NCBI GenBank assembly: GCA_963706955.1
Contig: CAVPOC010000001.1
Span: 96,001-160,000, forward strand
Reading direction: 5' to 3'
Source: an uncultured Verrucomicrobiae bacterium
Lineage (GTDB): Bacteria; Verrucomicrobiota; Verrucomicrobiia; Chthoniobacterales; Terrimicrobiaceae
Length of the DNA stretch: 64,000 bases
Below the pieces are notes generated by a model that was not told the origin of the DNA, made no database searches, and saw only the letters and a program-made list of their open reading frames with translations. The first letter of the stretch is position 1. Each line of letters starts with the position of its first letter. Positions 45,307 through 56,740 of this stretch are shown here, piece by piece. The translations under genes were made by a program, and so were the position numbers.

Positions 45307-46088
45307 GCAGGCAGAGGATGATCACCAGCGAGGAGGACATCGAAGGCGTCCTCGTGCGTCACCGAATCCTCCTTGACCGTCGGTCGGACCGAGCTCTCCG
45401 CGAGGAGAACTCCTCCGCGTTCGACAATGACGGAATGCGCGGCAATTCGGCCTTCGATGAGACCTCCCTGGTCGATCCAGATGCGTCCAGCACATTCGAA
45501 ATTTCCCGTTGCCTGGCCATACACGATTAGCTCATTGGTCTCGATTGGATAGGAGAGCTCCGCACGACTCTCTTTTTCGATGACCATTGATTTTGCTCTT
45601 ATCTGGCAGCTGAGTCGCCCGGAATAGACGAGGCGCACGACCGTCTCGGAGACCAAAGTTCCGCTCACCCTCCCGGCGATGAGGGCCTCGTGGCAGACGG
45701 TAAGCGCACTGCTGATGTATCCAGACGGGGTAATGATCAGATTGCCTCTTGTATCTATCGGCCTTGTCGTGCTCGAAGAGACGGTGACGTCCGAGAGTTC
45801 GATAGCTGCATTACATTCGGGACAAAGCGTGGTTCGCGCACACCCCGAGACCTCATGAGCCTGCCCACAATGGTAGCAGCGAACCTGACGCGGGGGGACC
45901 TTGGGGAGCCTGCGCCTGATCCGGGTGCGGACCTCGCTCGAGTATCTCGCCAAGCCCGCGCTCGGGGGCGAGACCTGATAGTAGCTGCCACATCCGCGGC
46001 AGTAAGTGGAAATAAGGTGCTCCGGCTCGTCCTGGACAAACCCGCAGTGCGGACAGCGGGACGGCGCCTTGCGCGGGAGCTGGGGCAT
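45303..46088 (-). CDS. Bactofilin domain protein with two N-terminal zinc ribbons
   Basis: CPHC/CRGC and CYHC/CPEC pairs, followed by bactofilin beta-helix repeats (IEGRIAAHSVIVERGG). Confidence 0.75.
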   Translation of the reverse strand: MPQLPRKAPSRCPHCGFVQDEPEHLISTYCRGCGSYYQVSPPSAGLARYSSEVRTRIRRRLPKVPPRQVRCYHCGQAHEVSGCARTTLCPECNAAIELSDVTVSSSTTRPIDTRGNLIITPSGYISSALTVCHEALIAGRVSGTLVSETVVRLVYSGRLSCQIRAKSMVIEKESRAELSYPIETNELIVYGQATGNFECAGRIWIDQGGLIEGRIAAHSVIVERGGVLLAESSVRPTVKEDSVTHEDAFDVLLAGDHPLPA

Positions 46089-46094
46089 CAGGAG

Positions 46095-46540
46095 CTATGC
46101 AGTAACAGGAGCGGGCTGAATCTTGCGAGTTTGGTCGTGATCCGCGGAGATTCCGGAACGTTCCGCACTTGACTTCGGAGTGACCTCCGATTTTCCAACG
46201 AAAATGGCACCCTCCTCGATGACAATGCGCATCGCTTTGAGATCTCCGGTCAGCTGGGAAGTTGATTTGAGCTCCGCGCGCTCAAGGACGGAAATGTTTC
46301 CCTTGACGCTGCCATACACGACGACGGACTTCGTCTTGAGTTCCCCGTGAACATCGGCGTTCTTGCCTAACGTGAGGTTTCCGTCTTCGGAGAAGATCTC
46401 ACCCTCCAACTTGCCGTCGAAGATCAACTCGGTCTCGAACTTGATCGTTCCCTTGATGTCCACGTCGCTGGCGAGAACATTCTTCGACGAAGTAGAGGTA
46501 GTTTCAGGACAAAGCCACTGGTCAGATTATTCAAATTCAT
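46095..46540 (-). CDS. Bactofilin (start uncertain, N-terminal frameshift)
   Basis: NVLASDVDIKGTIKF...DGKLEGEI...VKGNI...IEEGAIFVG. Confidence 0.85.
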
Positions 46541-46581
46541 AGGGAAGATCTCCTCCGAATCTAGCCCCAGTTTCCATCAGG

Positions 46582-48043
46582 TCAATCCTTCAGGCGCTTA
46601 CGAGGGGCGGCCTTGTGGGTTCCGGGAAGGATAATCGCCGATTCGGGTGATATTCCCGCCAACTCCTCAGCGGGATAGAGCCAGATCTCACTCAGGGTTG
46701 GGTGGTAGTGCGGAGTCGTGGCGAGCTCTCCTGCCGTTGCATGAAAACGCATGGCAACGACGACCTCGTGAATCAATTCCGATGCGTCCGGTCCGACAAC
46801 CGAACCTCCAATGATTTCGCGGGTGGACTTGTCGGCGAGGAGTTTCACGAAACCGTCCATCTCGTCCATGATGATGGATTTTCCGTGATCGCAGAATGGA
46901 TAGCTGGCTACAAGGTGGTCGATGTTCTTGGCCCTCGCTTCCGACTCTGAAAGGCCGACAACCGCCACTTGCGGCTCGGTGAAGACGACATAAAGCTTCA
47001 GCCGATAGTCCATGCTCTCCAGCTTCGAGTCGTTCTGTAACAATCGGGCGGCGTTTCGGGCGGCTCGTTCTCCCTGCTCAATGGCCAGATGGACGATTTC
47101 AAAGGGACCGCAGCAATCTCCCGCCGCGAAGATAGTCGGTGTAGAGGTTTGCTGATGAGCGTTAACCGCAATAACTCCATCGGCAAGGTCGACGCCCACG
47201 TTTTCCAACCCGAGTCCGGCTACCTTCGGTTTACGACCCAGCGCATTAAGTATGGCCGCGGCCTCGACTGTTTGGCGGCTTCCCTCATGCTCGAAGATGA
47301 CGCGGCTGGTAGCCCCATTGCTCTCAACTTGCAGGATTTTCGTCTTCGTGAAGATGTTCACGCCGCGTTTGCGGAAGCTCTGCTCCACGACTTTCGCTGC
47401 ATCTTCGTCAAATCCTTTCGCAACCTGTGCGCTGCGTTGCAGGATCGTGACCCGGGACCGAAAGGCGTGGAGATAGTGAGCGAGTTCGAGGGCCACCGGT
47501 CCTGCCCCGAGAACGATGACAGATTCTGGGATCGCTGCGAGGTCCAGCACATCGTCGCTGGTGAGGCAACTTGCGCTGCTCAGACCGGGAATATCGGGAA
47601 AGTTGATCTCCGATCCGGTGGAGATGAGAAACGATTTTGCGGTGATGGTCTGCTCGCCTCCATCGAGAGGGCGGACCCGCACAGTTGTCGTGTCGATGAA
47701 CGACCCGGTCCCACGGACAAAATCAAAGTCTCCTTCTTCCAGTTGCTGGCGGCGGTAGTGGGCGAATTCATCGATCAACCTCCGCTTCCGCGCGAGGATC
47801 TCGCTGATATCGATATTGGGCATTTTCAACGCGAAGCCCGAATTCGGGCGCGTGACCAATTGCCCGAAAGCGGTTGGCAGATTCAATTAAGCTCTTGCTC
47901 GGCATGCACCCGCGAAGGATGCAGAGCCCTCCGACATCACGGGCCCCCTCGATGACACAGGTCTTCAGACCGGCGCCGGCTGCGGTTCGCGCCGCGGCAT
48001 ATCCGGCGCTGCCTCCCCCGATGACGACGAAGTCGTAGTTCAC
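46582..48043 (-). CDS. Pyridine nucleotide-disulfide oxidoreductase, dihydrolipoamide dehydrogenase-like (frameshift near 47820)
   Basis: GGGSAG, GGLCILRGCMPSK, GAGPVALE, AAGD and HPTLSE motifs. Confidence 0.87.
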
Positions 48044-48083
48044 GCCACGCGCTCGGAAGCCCTGGGACGACGCCGTGGCATTT

Positions 48084-48581
48084 TTATCCGAGGGCCTGAT
48101 TTACCGCCCATTCAGTAGCGAGCAGCGGAGGCTGCCCCTCCCGGGCGGGAAGACAGAAAAATGCGTATGCCTTCCGTGGCGGCATCCAACCGACAATCTC
48201 GCAAACAACCTTCTCTTTCATGTTCGGATCACGTTCGACATAGCGCAGGTATGTCGTCCGCAACGGTTGGGTGCCTTTGGATGATTTTCCCTTGGAAGCG
48301 GTCCTCGCGGGCGCTTCGGAAGCTTCGACGCTCCAGAGCGCGGCAGGGGCGTTCAGCGAGAGCACCATGGAAAGTTCAGGCGGCGAGAGTTCTTTCAGGG
48401 GTCCGCTCCTGCGAACAGAGGCGCAATATCGCGCCAGATCGTTGAGAAATCCGACCACCACATCGAAATCGCCTTGCCGATATTTGAAGGCCTTTTCGCC
48501 GGTCAGTCCGAAAATATTTCTGGCCATGACCGGCTTGCCGAGAAACCGGTCAATTTCAGACTTTGTCGATCCGAGGAGCAT
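48084..48581 (-). CDS. Hypothetical protein
   Basis: Fills the gap between ilvC and the oxidoreductase on the same strand; no recognisable motif. Confidence 0.45.
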   Translation of the reverse strand: MLLGSTKSEIDRFLGKPVMARNIFGLTGEKAFKYRQGDFDVVVGFLNDLARYCASVRRSGPLKELSPPELSMVLSLNAPAALWSVEASEAPARTASKGKSSKGTQPLRTTYLRYVERDPNMKEKVVCEIVGWMPPRKAYAFFCLPAREGQPPLLATEWAVNQALG

Positions 48582-48596
48582 GGTAAGCGCCGACCA

Positions 48597-49623
<1,027 letters not shown>

Positions 49624-49637
49624 GGCTTGTTCGCGGG

Positions 49638-50123
49638 TTAGGTATTTTTGCGAGTCCGGGGAAGGGCCACCTTCCCGGTCCGGGTAAGTGCGAGGATACC
49701 GAAACGATCCATCAGCATGAGAAACTTGTTGAGCTTGCTATCGGTGCCGGTCACTTCGATGGCGAGTGTTTCGGCCTGCACGTCAATAATCTTGGCGCGA
49801 AAAATATCGCAGATTTGCATTACCTCAGAGCGCGTTTTTGACGTTGCGGTCACTCTCAGCAGGACGAGCTCACGATCGACATATTCCTCGTCGCGGAAAT
49901 CCTGCACATCGATGACGTCGACCAGCTTTTCCAATTGTTTCATCACTTGCTCGAGGACCTTGTCGTCACCACGAACGACGATCGTCATTCGGGAAGCGGT
50001 GGCGTCGAGGGTCGGACCAACGTTCAGGCTATCGATGTTAAATCCACGCCCGCTGAACATTCCCGCAATCCGAGCAAGAACGCCGAACTTGTTTTCAACG
50101 AGGATAGAAATGGTGTGGCGCAT
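49638..50123 (-). CDS. ilvN: Acetolactate synthase small subunit
   Basis: [27 protein letters not shown] and TRTG motifs. Confidence 0.95.
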   Translation of the reverse strand: MRHTISILVENKFGVLARIAGMFSGRGFNIDSLNVGPTLDATASRMTIVVRGDDKVLEQVMKQLEKLVDVIDVQDFRDEEYVDRELVLLRVTATSKTRSEVMQICDIFRAKIIDVQAETLAIEVTGTDSKLNKFLMLMDRFGILALTRTGKVALPRTRKNT

Positions 50124-50244
50124 GAATCGACAGGGGCGGTGATACTGGCTGGTCGGCGGCGCGGCGTCAATTCAAAGGGTGATTGAGGGCGTTGGGCGGC
50201 GGTCTCCGCAGCAGGGCCGTTCCATCAGCAGGCACGTCCTCGGT

Positions 50245-51603
50245 TCAAAGCATGGGAATGCCACTCTTCGAAATCTTCTCCACGAAGCCGGTGTGATAGG
50301 TGCCCCGGCGAAAGTCGGCGTTCTGCAAGATAGCTTGTTGAAAGGGAATGGTGGTCTTGATGCCCGTGATCATGTACTCGCCCAGCGCGCGCGACATTCG
50401 GTTGATGCAGGCTTTGCGACTCGAGGCGGTGGTGATGACTTTGGCAATCATCGAATCGTAATGCGGTGGCACGGGGTAGCCCGCATAGGCATGAGAGTCG
50501 ATACGCACCCCGCGCCCGCCGGGCGCGTAATAGAGCTTAATCTCGCCAGGGCAGGGAATGAAGTTATTGGCGGGATCTTCCGCGTTTATTCGGCATTCGA
50601 TCGAATGATGCCGTGCGATCGCGTCAACGAGGTGACGGGAGAGGTGCTCTCCGGCCGCGACCTGGATTTGTTGTTTCACGAGATCGCACCCGTAAACTTC
50701 CTCGGTAATCGGATGCTCCACCTGGATACGGGTGTTCATTTCCATGAAATAGAAATGGCCGTCATCATCGACCAGGAACTCAATGGTGCCGGCATTCGCG
50801 TATCCGACCTTCTCGGACAGTTTGATCGAGGCCGCACCCATCTTCTCCCTTAGCTCCGGAGTCATCAGGGGCGATGGGCATTCCTCGACGATCTTTTGAT
50901 TGCGTCTCTGGATCGAGCAGTCGCGCTCGCCGAGGTGCACGACCCGGCCGTGCTCATCACCAAAAACTTGAAACTCGATGTGGTGAGGATTGACGATGAA
51001 CTTTTCAATATAGACCTCGGGATTGCTGAAGGCCTTGTCCGCTTCGAGGCGGGCCGCATGATAGCCTTGCACGAGGCTTCCTTCGTTGCTCGCGACCCGC
51101 ATTCCGCGTCCTCCGCCCCCGGCCACCGCTTTGATCATGACCGGAAATCCAACCTTTCGCGCGACTTTGATGGCCTCCTCCTCGCTATCGACGATCCCTT
51201 CGCTTCCCGGAGAGATAGGAACCCCGGCGTTGCGAGCGCAGTCACGCGCAGAGTTCTTGTCGCCCATAAGCCGAATGGCGGAGGCGGGCGGACCAATAAA
51301 CTTGATATTGCAGCTTGCGCATACCTCGGCGAAATGCGCGTTTTCGGCAAGAAACCCGTAGCCGGGATGAATCGCATCGACGTCAGCGATCTCGGCAGCG
51401 CTGATGATGCGATCAATCTTAAGATAGCTCTGCAGGCTCGGTGCGGGCCCAATGCAGATCGCCTCATCCGCCAACTGGACGTGCAAGCTTTCCAAATCGG
51501 GCTCCGAATAGACGGCGACAGTTTGGATGCCGAGCTCTTTGCAGGCTCGGATGATTCTGAGGGCGATCTCGCCGCGATTGGCGATAAGGATTTTTTTGAA
51601 CAT
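50245..51603 (-). CDS. accC: Acetyl-CoA carboxylase biotin carboxylase
   Basis: [32 protein letters not shown] and [10 protein letters not shown] motifs. Confidence 0.96.
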   Translation of the reverse strand: MFKKILIANRGEIALRIIRACKELGIQTVAVYSEPDLESLHVQLADEAICIGPAPSLQSYLKIDRIISAAEIADVDAIHPGYGFLAENAHFAEVCASCNIKFIGPPASAIRLMGDKNSARDCARNAGVPISPGSEGIVDSEEEAIKVARKVGFPVMIKAVAGGGGRGMRVASNEGSLVQGYHAARLEADKAFSNPEVYIEKFIVNPHHIEFQVFGDEHGRVVHLGERDCSIQRRNQKIVEECPSPLMTPELREKMGAASIKLSEKVGYANAGTIEFLVDDDGHFYFMEMNTRIQVEHPITEEVYGCDLVKQQIQVAAGEHLSRHLVDAIARHHSIECRINAEDPANNFIPCPGEIKLYYAPGGRGVRIDSHAYAGYPVPPHYDSMIAKVITTASSRKACINRMSRALGEYMITGIKTTIPFQQAILQNADFRRGTYHTGFVEKISKSGIPML

Positions 51604-51657
51604 TGCTAGACGGTCAACCAGCTCGCAAACGGGGAACCCGTGCTGGCAGGGCTTTAT

Positions 51658-52110
51658 CTATTTGACACGGAAAAGTGTCTGGCCAAACTGCACCGGCTTT
51701 CCATTCTCGGCCAAGACCTCGGCAATTACGCCCGAGATCTCGGCCTTGATCTCGTTCATCACCTTCATGGCTTCGATGATGCAGACGACAGTGTCGGGAG
51801 TAATCTCCTGGCCTGCGGCGACGTAGGGAGGAGCCTCAGGCGACTGCGCCGCGTAGAACGTGCCCACCATCGGCGATTTTATCTCCTTATGTGAAGTCTC
51901 GGGAGCAGCTCCTTCACTTTGGGCGCCTCCTGGCTGTCGCGGTGACCCGACCGCGGCGGGCGCCGGGGCCGACATGGCGATGATCGAATCTGCATTCCTA
52001 GCACTGCTAGTCTTGAGGGTGATCTTGAACCCCTCACGCTCCATTTTGAAGACGGACAAGCCGTTCTTCTTCATCAGGTCGATCAGTGTTCGAATCTCTT
52101 TGAGGTCCAC
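51658..52110 (-). CDS. accB: Biotin carboxyl carrier protein
   Basis: SPMVGTFY and EAMKVMNEI motifs. Confidence 0.95.
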   Translation of the reverse strand: MDLKEIRTLIDLMKKNGLSVFKMEREGFKITLKTSSARNADSIIAMSAPAPAAVGSPRQPGGAQSEGAAPETSHKEIKSPMVGTFYAAQSPEAPPYVAAGQEITPDTVVCIIEAMKVMNEIKAEISGVIAEVLAENGKPVQFGQTLFRVK

Positions 52111-52226
52111 AGGTGGCAAGTTTGAGGGGTCACGAGACTCTCACGATGCGTGGGGCGGGTCAAGAGATTCGACAGGAAGGCCCTTTACAAACCCCATGCG
52201 ATAAAGCAGTTTTCGCTTTCCGCCCT

Positions 52227-52640
52227 ATGTGGTTGCTCTTGCCCATTCTGCTTGTTCTTCATGTGGTCGTTTGTTTGCTGCTCGTGCTGGTTGTTTTGAT
52301 GCAGCTTCCTCGCAGTGAGGGGCTCGGTGCCGCCTTCGGGGGCACCGTTACGGAGAACATTTTCGGGGCGCAAACAACGCACGTGCTGGCGAAGTTTACC
52401 GTATGGCTTGGGGTGGCGTTCTTTGCCATTACCCTGATGCTGGCCGTCGCCTACTCGCACCGAGACGTCGGCCGGAGCCAGATTCAGCGCGAATTACTGA
52501 ACAGCGCCGTGCCTGCGGCCTCGCCATCGCTCATGTCCAGTCCTGCACCGGCGTCGAGTTCGGATGCGACTGCGCCTGCAGCGGCCGCTCCTGCTCCCAC
52601 TCCCCAAGCTCCAGGAACTCCTGCGTCCGCGGCACCTTAG
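52227..52640 (+). CDS. secG: Preprotein translocase subunit SecG
   Basis: VLMQ...GLGAAFGG...FG with two TM helices and an A/P-rich tail. Confidence 0.9.
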   Translation: MWLLLPILLVLHVVVCLLLVLVVLMQLPRSEGLGAAFGGTVTENIFGAQTTHVLAKFTVWLGVAFFAITLMLAVAYSHRDVGRSQIQRELLNSAVPAASPSLMSSPAPASSSDATAPAAAAPAPTPQAPGTPASAAP

Positions 52641-52662
52641 TTTCCCTTTTCCCGCGCGAGCG

Positions 52663-53499
52663 ATGAAGATCGCGAACTCTCCGGTATCTGCACGCGAGTT
52701 TCGCGCAAAGGCCACTCGCCCAGTGGTGCTGGTTCCCACAATGGGCGCTCTCCATGAGGGCCACGCTGCTCTAATTCGCTGCGCACGGAAGCTTGCCGGA
52801 GCGAAGGGAACCGTCGTTATCTCAGTGTTTGTCAATCCCATCCAGTTTGGTCCCAACGAGGATTTCTCGAAATATCCGCGTTCCTGGAAGCGCGATTTGG
52901 ATGTTTGCGGACGAGCTGGCGCCGATCTTGTTTTTCGTCCTTCGGTCGAACAGATCTACCGCGGCGACCATTCCGTCTTCGTGGAAGAGAGTTCTCTTTC
53001 GCGATCTTTGTGCGGCGCCTCACGGCCGGGCCATTTTCGCGGTGTGTGCACCGTCGTCGCGAAGTTGTTCCTGATTGTTCGCCCCGATATCGCCATCTTC
53101 GGAGAAAAGGACTGGCAGCAGCTTGCGATCATTCGAAGAATGGTGCGTGATCTCGATGTTCCCATTCGAATTGTTGGTCATCCCACAGTTCGCGAGCGTG
53201 ACGGTCTGGCAATGAGTTCGCGTAACGATTACCTGACGCCCGAGGAACGCACTGTCGCTCCTGGCATTTATGCTGCCTTGACGCTCGCCGCCGGCGCAAC
53301 GCGGTCAATTGATATTCTGAAAAGAGGACGACGCCTCATCGAGCAGATTCCCGGAACGAAGATCGACTACCTGGAGCTCGTCGATGCCGAGACCATCGAG
53401 CCGGCGAGGAGCTTTTCCCGTCCAATGCGCCTGGCTGTGGCGGTATTTCTCGGCAAAGCTCGCCTAATTGATAATATCGGCATCGCCGCGCGAACCTGA
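52663..53499 (+). CDS. panC: Pantoate--beta-alanine ligase
   Basis: PTMGALHEGH, FVNPIQF, RPGHFRGV, FGEKD, AMSSRN and RLIDN motifs. Confidence 0.95.
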   Translation: MKIANSPVSAREFRAKATRPVVLVPTMGALHEGHAALIRCARKLAGAKGTVVISVFVNPIQFGPNEDFSKYPRSWKRDLDVCGRAGADLVFRPSVEQIYRGDHSVFVEESSLSRSLCGASRPGHFRGVCTVVAKLFLIVRPDIAIFGEKDWQQLAIIRRMVRDLDVPIRIVGHPTVRERDGLAMSSRNDYLTPEERTVAPGIYAALTLAAGATRSIDILKRGRRLIEQIPGTKIDYLELVDAETIEPARSFSRPMRLAVAVFLGKARLIDNIGIAART

Positions 53500-53556
53500 C
53501 TTAACGTCCGCCTGGCCGAAAAACTGCTGCCGCCCGCATAATCACCCCCTGCTGTG

Positions 53557-55146
53557 ATGAGAGAATTCGATTGCGTCGTCATTGGCAGCGGCATCGCTGG
53601 TCTCTCGTTTGCGCTCAAGGCAGCAGAAAAGGGATCCGTTGCGCTGGTGACTAAACGCCTGCTGGCGGACTCGAACACCGCCTGGGCGCAAGGGGGTGTC
53701 GCCTGTGTGGTTAGCGAAGAGGATTCGTTTGACCTTCACGTTCGCGACACGCTTGTCGCCGGTGCCGGGCTTTGCAACGAGGAGGTCGTGCGCGCGGTAG
53801 TCACCGAGGGTCCCGCTCGCGTCCACGAGCTGATCAATTTCGGAATGCATTTCGATGAGAGGCAGCTCGCCAACGGTCAGCGCGAACTCGATCTGGCCCG
53901 GGAGGGTGGGCACTCCAAGCGCCGGGTGCTTCATTCTCAAGATTTCACTGGACTGGAGATTGAACGAACCCTGATCAGCCAAATCTCCGCGCACGCGAGT
54001 ATCACCGTCTTTGAAAATCACATGGCCGTAGATTTTCTGACCACGGGCAAGTTGGGCTACGCGATGCAGGATTGTTGCGTCGGTGTGTATGTCCTCGATG
54101 AGGCGAGTAGTCAGGTGGAGACCTTGCGCAGTGATATCAACGTGCTCGCCACCGGCGGTTGTGGAAAAGTCTACCTCTATTCAACAAATCCGGATATCGC
54201 CACCGGCGATGGAGTGGCGATGGCCTGGCGGGCCGGCGCCTTGATTTCCAACATGGAGTTTATTCAGTTCCACCCGACCTGTCTCTACCATGCGGAAGCG
54301 AAGTCATTTCTTATCTCGGAGGCCGTTCGCGGCGAAGGAGGCGTTTTGCTTGATGCCAGGGGTCGACGCTTCATGGAGCACCATCATCCGCAAAAAGAGT
54401 TGGCTCCACGCGATATCGTTGCCCGCGCCATTGACGGGGAAATGAAACGAAGCGGAAGCAAGTGTGTCTTCCTCGATATTACTCACAAGCCGGCGGAGTT
54501 TATCCGGGCGCGCTTTCCATCCATTCACGAGACCTGCTTGCGCCACGGGATAGACATTACCGCCCAACCGATTCCCGTTGTTCCCGCCGCCCACTACCAA
54601 TGCGGAGGCGTGAAAACTGACCTCAATGGAGAGACGAGCTTGCGTGGGCTGTATGCGATTGGTGAGGTCGCCTGCACGGGTTTGCACGGTGCCAACCGCT
54701 TGGCCAGTAATTCACTGTTGGAAGGCCTGGTGCTCGCGCACAGGGCAACGGGAAAATCAATGCGCAACCGCAAGCCGCGCCTCGAATTCGATTTGCCGGA
54801 GTGGCGGCCGGGCCAAGTCCAGGACTTGGACGAATTTGTCGTCATCTACCACAACTGGGACGAAATCCGCCGGCTCATGTGGGACTACGTCGGAATCGTT
54901 CGCACCGACAAGCGGCTCCATCGCGCAGCCACGCGCCTGCGCAACTTGCATGCAGAGATTCAGGAATTTTATTGGAACTTCAAAGTTTCGACGGAGCTGC
55001 TCGAGCTGCGCAATTTGGTCACGGTGGCCTCTTTGATCGTTGATTGCGCAATCAGTCGTCGCGAGAGTCGTGGCTTGCACTACACGTTGAATTACCCCGA
55101 GAGCGACCCGCGCTTCTTACGGGATACCACCATGCGCCGGACATGA
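53557..55146 (+). CDS. nadB: L-aspartate oxidase
   Basis: GSGIAGL, AQGG, REGGHS, QFHPT, SEAVRGEG, HGANRLASNSLLEG and ESRGLHY motifs. Confidence 0.95.
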   Translation: MREFDCVVIGSGIAGLSFALKAAEKGSVALVTKRLLADSNTAWAQGGVACVVSEEDSFDLHVRDTLVAGAGLCNEEVVRAVVTEGPARVHELINFGMHFDERQLANGQRELDLAREGGHSKRRVLHSQDFTGLEIERTLISQISAHASITVFENHMAVDFLTTGKLGYAMQDCCVGVYVLDEASSQVETLRSDINVLATGGCGKVYLYSTNPDIATGDGVAMAWRAGALISNMEFIQFHPTCLYHAEAKSFLISEAVRGEGGVLLDARGRRFMEHHHPQKELAPRDIVARAIDGEMKRSGSKCVFLDITHKPAEFIRARFPSIHETCLRHGIDITAQPIPVVPAAHYQCGGVKTDLNGETSLRGLYAIGEVACTGLHGANRLASNSLLEGLVLAHRATGKSMRNRKPRLEFDLPEWRPGQVQDLDEFVVIYHNWDEIRRLMWDYVGIVRTDKRLHRAATRLRNLHAEIQEFYWNFKVSTELLELRNLVTVASLIVDCAISRRESRGLHYTLNYPESDPRFLRDTTMRRT

Positions 55147-55220
55147 GGGCTCTACGTTTTCAGTTGCGGCCGCGCAGCGCAGCGGGCATAGTAGGCGCCC
55201 CAAGCCGCCTTTTGATTGGT

Positions 55221-56062
55221 ATGAGAATCGCTACCGCTATATCAGCTGTGTTTTTCGTGACTGCTATATTGAGAGCTTCCGAAGCGCAATCACCCATTTC
55301 CTCGAGCACAGACTTCCAGAAAGCGGCCATGCGGCTGCGTGAGAATGCGCTCTTGAAACTCGAACCGCAGGTGGTCGCGGGGACGAACTTCCGGTCGGGA
55401 TTCAATCGCTACCCTGGAAGCGCGGCATTGTGACGACAGTTTTCTGGGTCGGGGAACGGCCGACAGCAAACAATCCCGTTCCCAATTATAAGAGCTCATG
55501 GGATCAACGCTGGGCGCAGAATTATGGGGGCTTGGATAATCCGGATCCGGCGCTTCGCCGAAACTTCATTCCTGCCAAATTCGTTCCGCGGCAGAACCCA
55601 TTCTATATTGCGCTTCCCTACAATGATGTATCTCGCGGGACGACGAAAGCCGAAGCGCGCCGGGCCGTTCCCTGGTTCAAGCAAACTTTCGAGCGGCCTG
55701 GAAAAAGCGTGCTCAAGGGCCGGTGGGTGGCGGTAAGACGGGGCAACCGGATTGCCTATGCGCAGTGGGAAGATTGTGGGCCATTCAGAACCGACCACTG
55801 GCAGTATGTTTTCGGAAATCAAAGACCGCTCCCGAATCTAAACCAGGGCGCGGGTCTGGACGTGTCGCCGGCGGTGCGCGACTACCTTGGCATGCGAGGC
55901 AAGGATGTCTGCGATTGGAAATTTGTTGAGGCTCGCGATGTCCCCCCAGGGCCGTGGAGCAAGTACGGCGACAACAACACCTTCGTGTTGCAACGTCGTG
56001 GGGTAAACCTATTCCTGGTGGACCGCAATAACGCCTACGGCATTAGGAAGCGCCTCGACTAA
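55221..56062 (+). CDS. Secreted hypothetical protein, possible DPBB-like glycan-active fold (frameshift near 55413)
   Basis: Signal peptide, then YPWKRGIVTTVFWVGE, YIALPYND, AQWEDCGPF and GLDVSPAV. Confidence 0.6.
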
Positions 56063-56078
56063 GCGTTTTCGTTTTTCT

Positions 56079-56740
56079 TCAAGTCAATTTTTCGGTGCGT
56101 CGCTCCCCCGGGAACGACACCGAGAGGCCGGTGCTTTCCGGAGCGAACCACTTTAGGATAGCGAGAAGGGCTTTGGCTGCTTCTTCAGGAGCGACGGAGC
56201 GCATGCAGCGAAAGTCCAGCGGCACTCGCGCAGAAAGCACGGGTTGCATTCCACTTGATGGCGAGGACAATGCTGCTCGGTGAGCGCGCGCCGGTCAGGC
56301 GCGGTTAAGTCGAGCTGAAGATCACCACCAGCGGACGCCAAAACCGTCGGCGAGATGCATTGTCCCGGTGTCGTTCGTGAGGAGAGCCGCAAACGGGCGC
56401 GGAGCTGTTCCCGCCACTTTAGGAGTTGCTCGATGAGCTCCGCGAGCGAAGTTTTGCTGGTGACGAACGGAAGTTGAAAGCGGCGGGTTGGCTTCGCGCG
56501 TCTTCGCCATCTGCCAGTAGCGGTCCGCCTGATGTTTGGGTCGGGCAGCTTTCTTCTTTTCGAGCTCGTCAATGCCAAGGCGACGGAGAGATTTTCCCTT
56601 GCGAGTTTGCGGTAGCGGGGCAGGATCGCCCAGAGCACGGCGCCTACGGCCTGTCCAAGCACAAAGCAGACCGCAAGAGGAAGATGGCGGATCACAGTAA
56701 TGGCGCTCAGCGCAAGCCAGTAAGTCAGCCGATCCAACAT
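56079..56740 (-). pseudogene. Collapsed remnant of a lipid A acyltransferase-heptosyltransferase II (LpxL-WaaF) fusion gene
   Basis: LpxL-like N-terminus (LPRYRKLARENL) joined to GT9 fragments KTSLAELIEQL, LLTNDTGTMHLA and VECNPCFLREC..DFRCM in shifting frames, all within ~660 bp. Confidence 0.6.

Noticed and set aside
46582..48043. Mercuric reductase MerA
   Set aside because: No C-terminal Cys-Cys pair and no mer genes; it has the HPTLSE motif instead.
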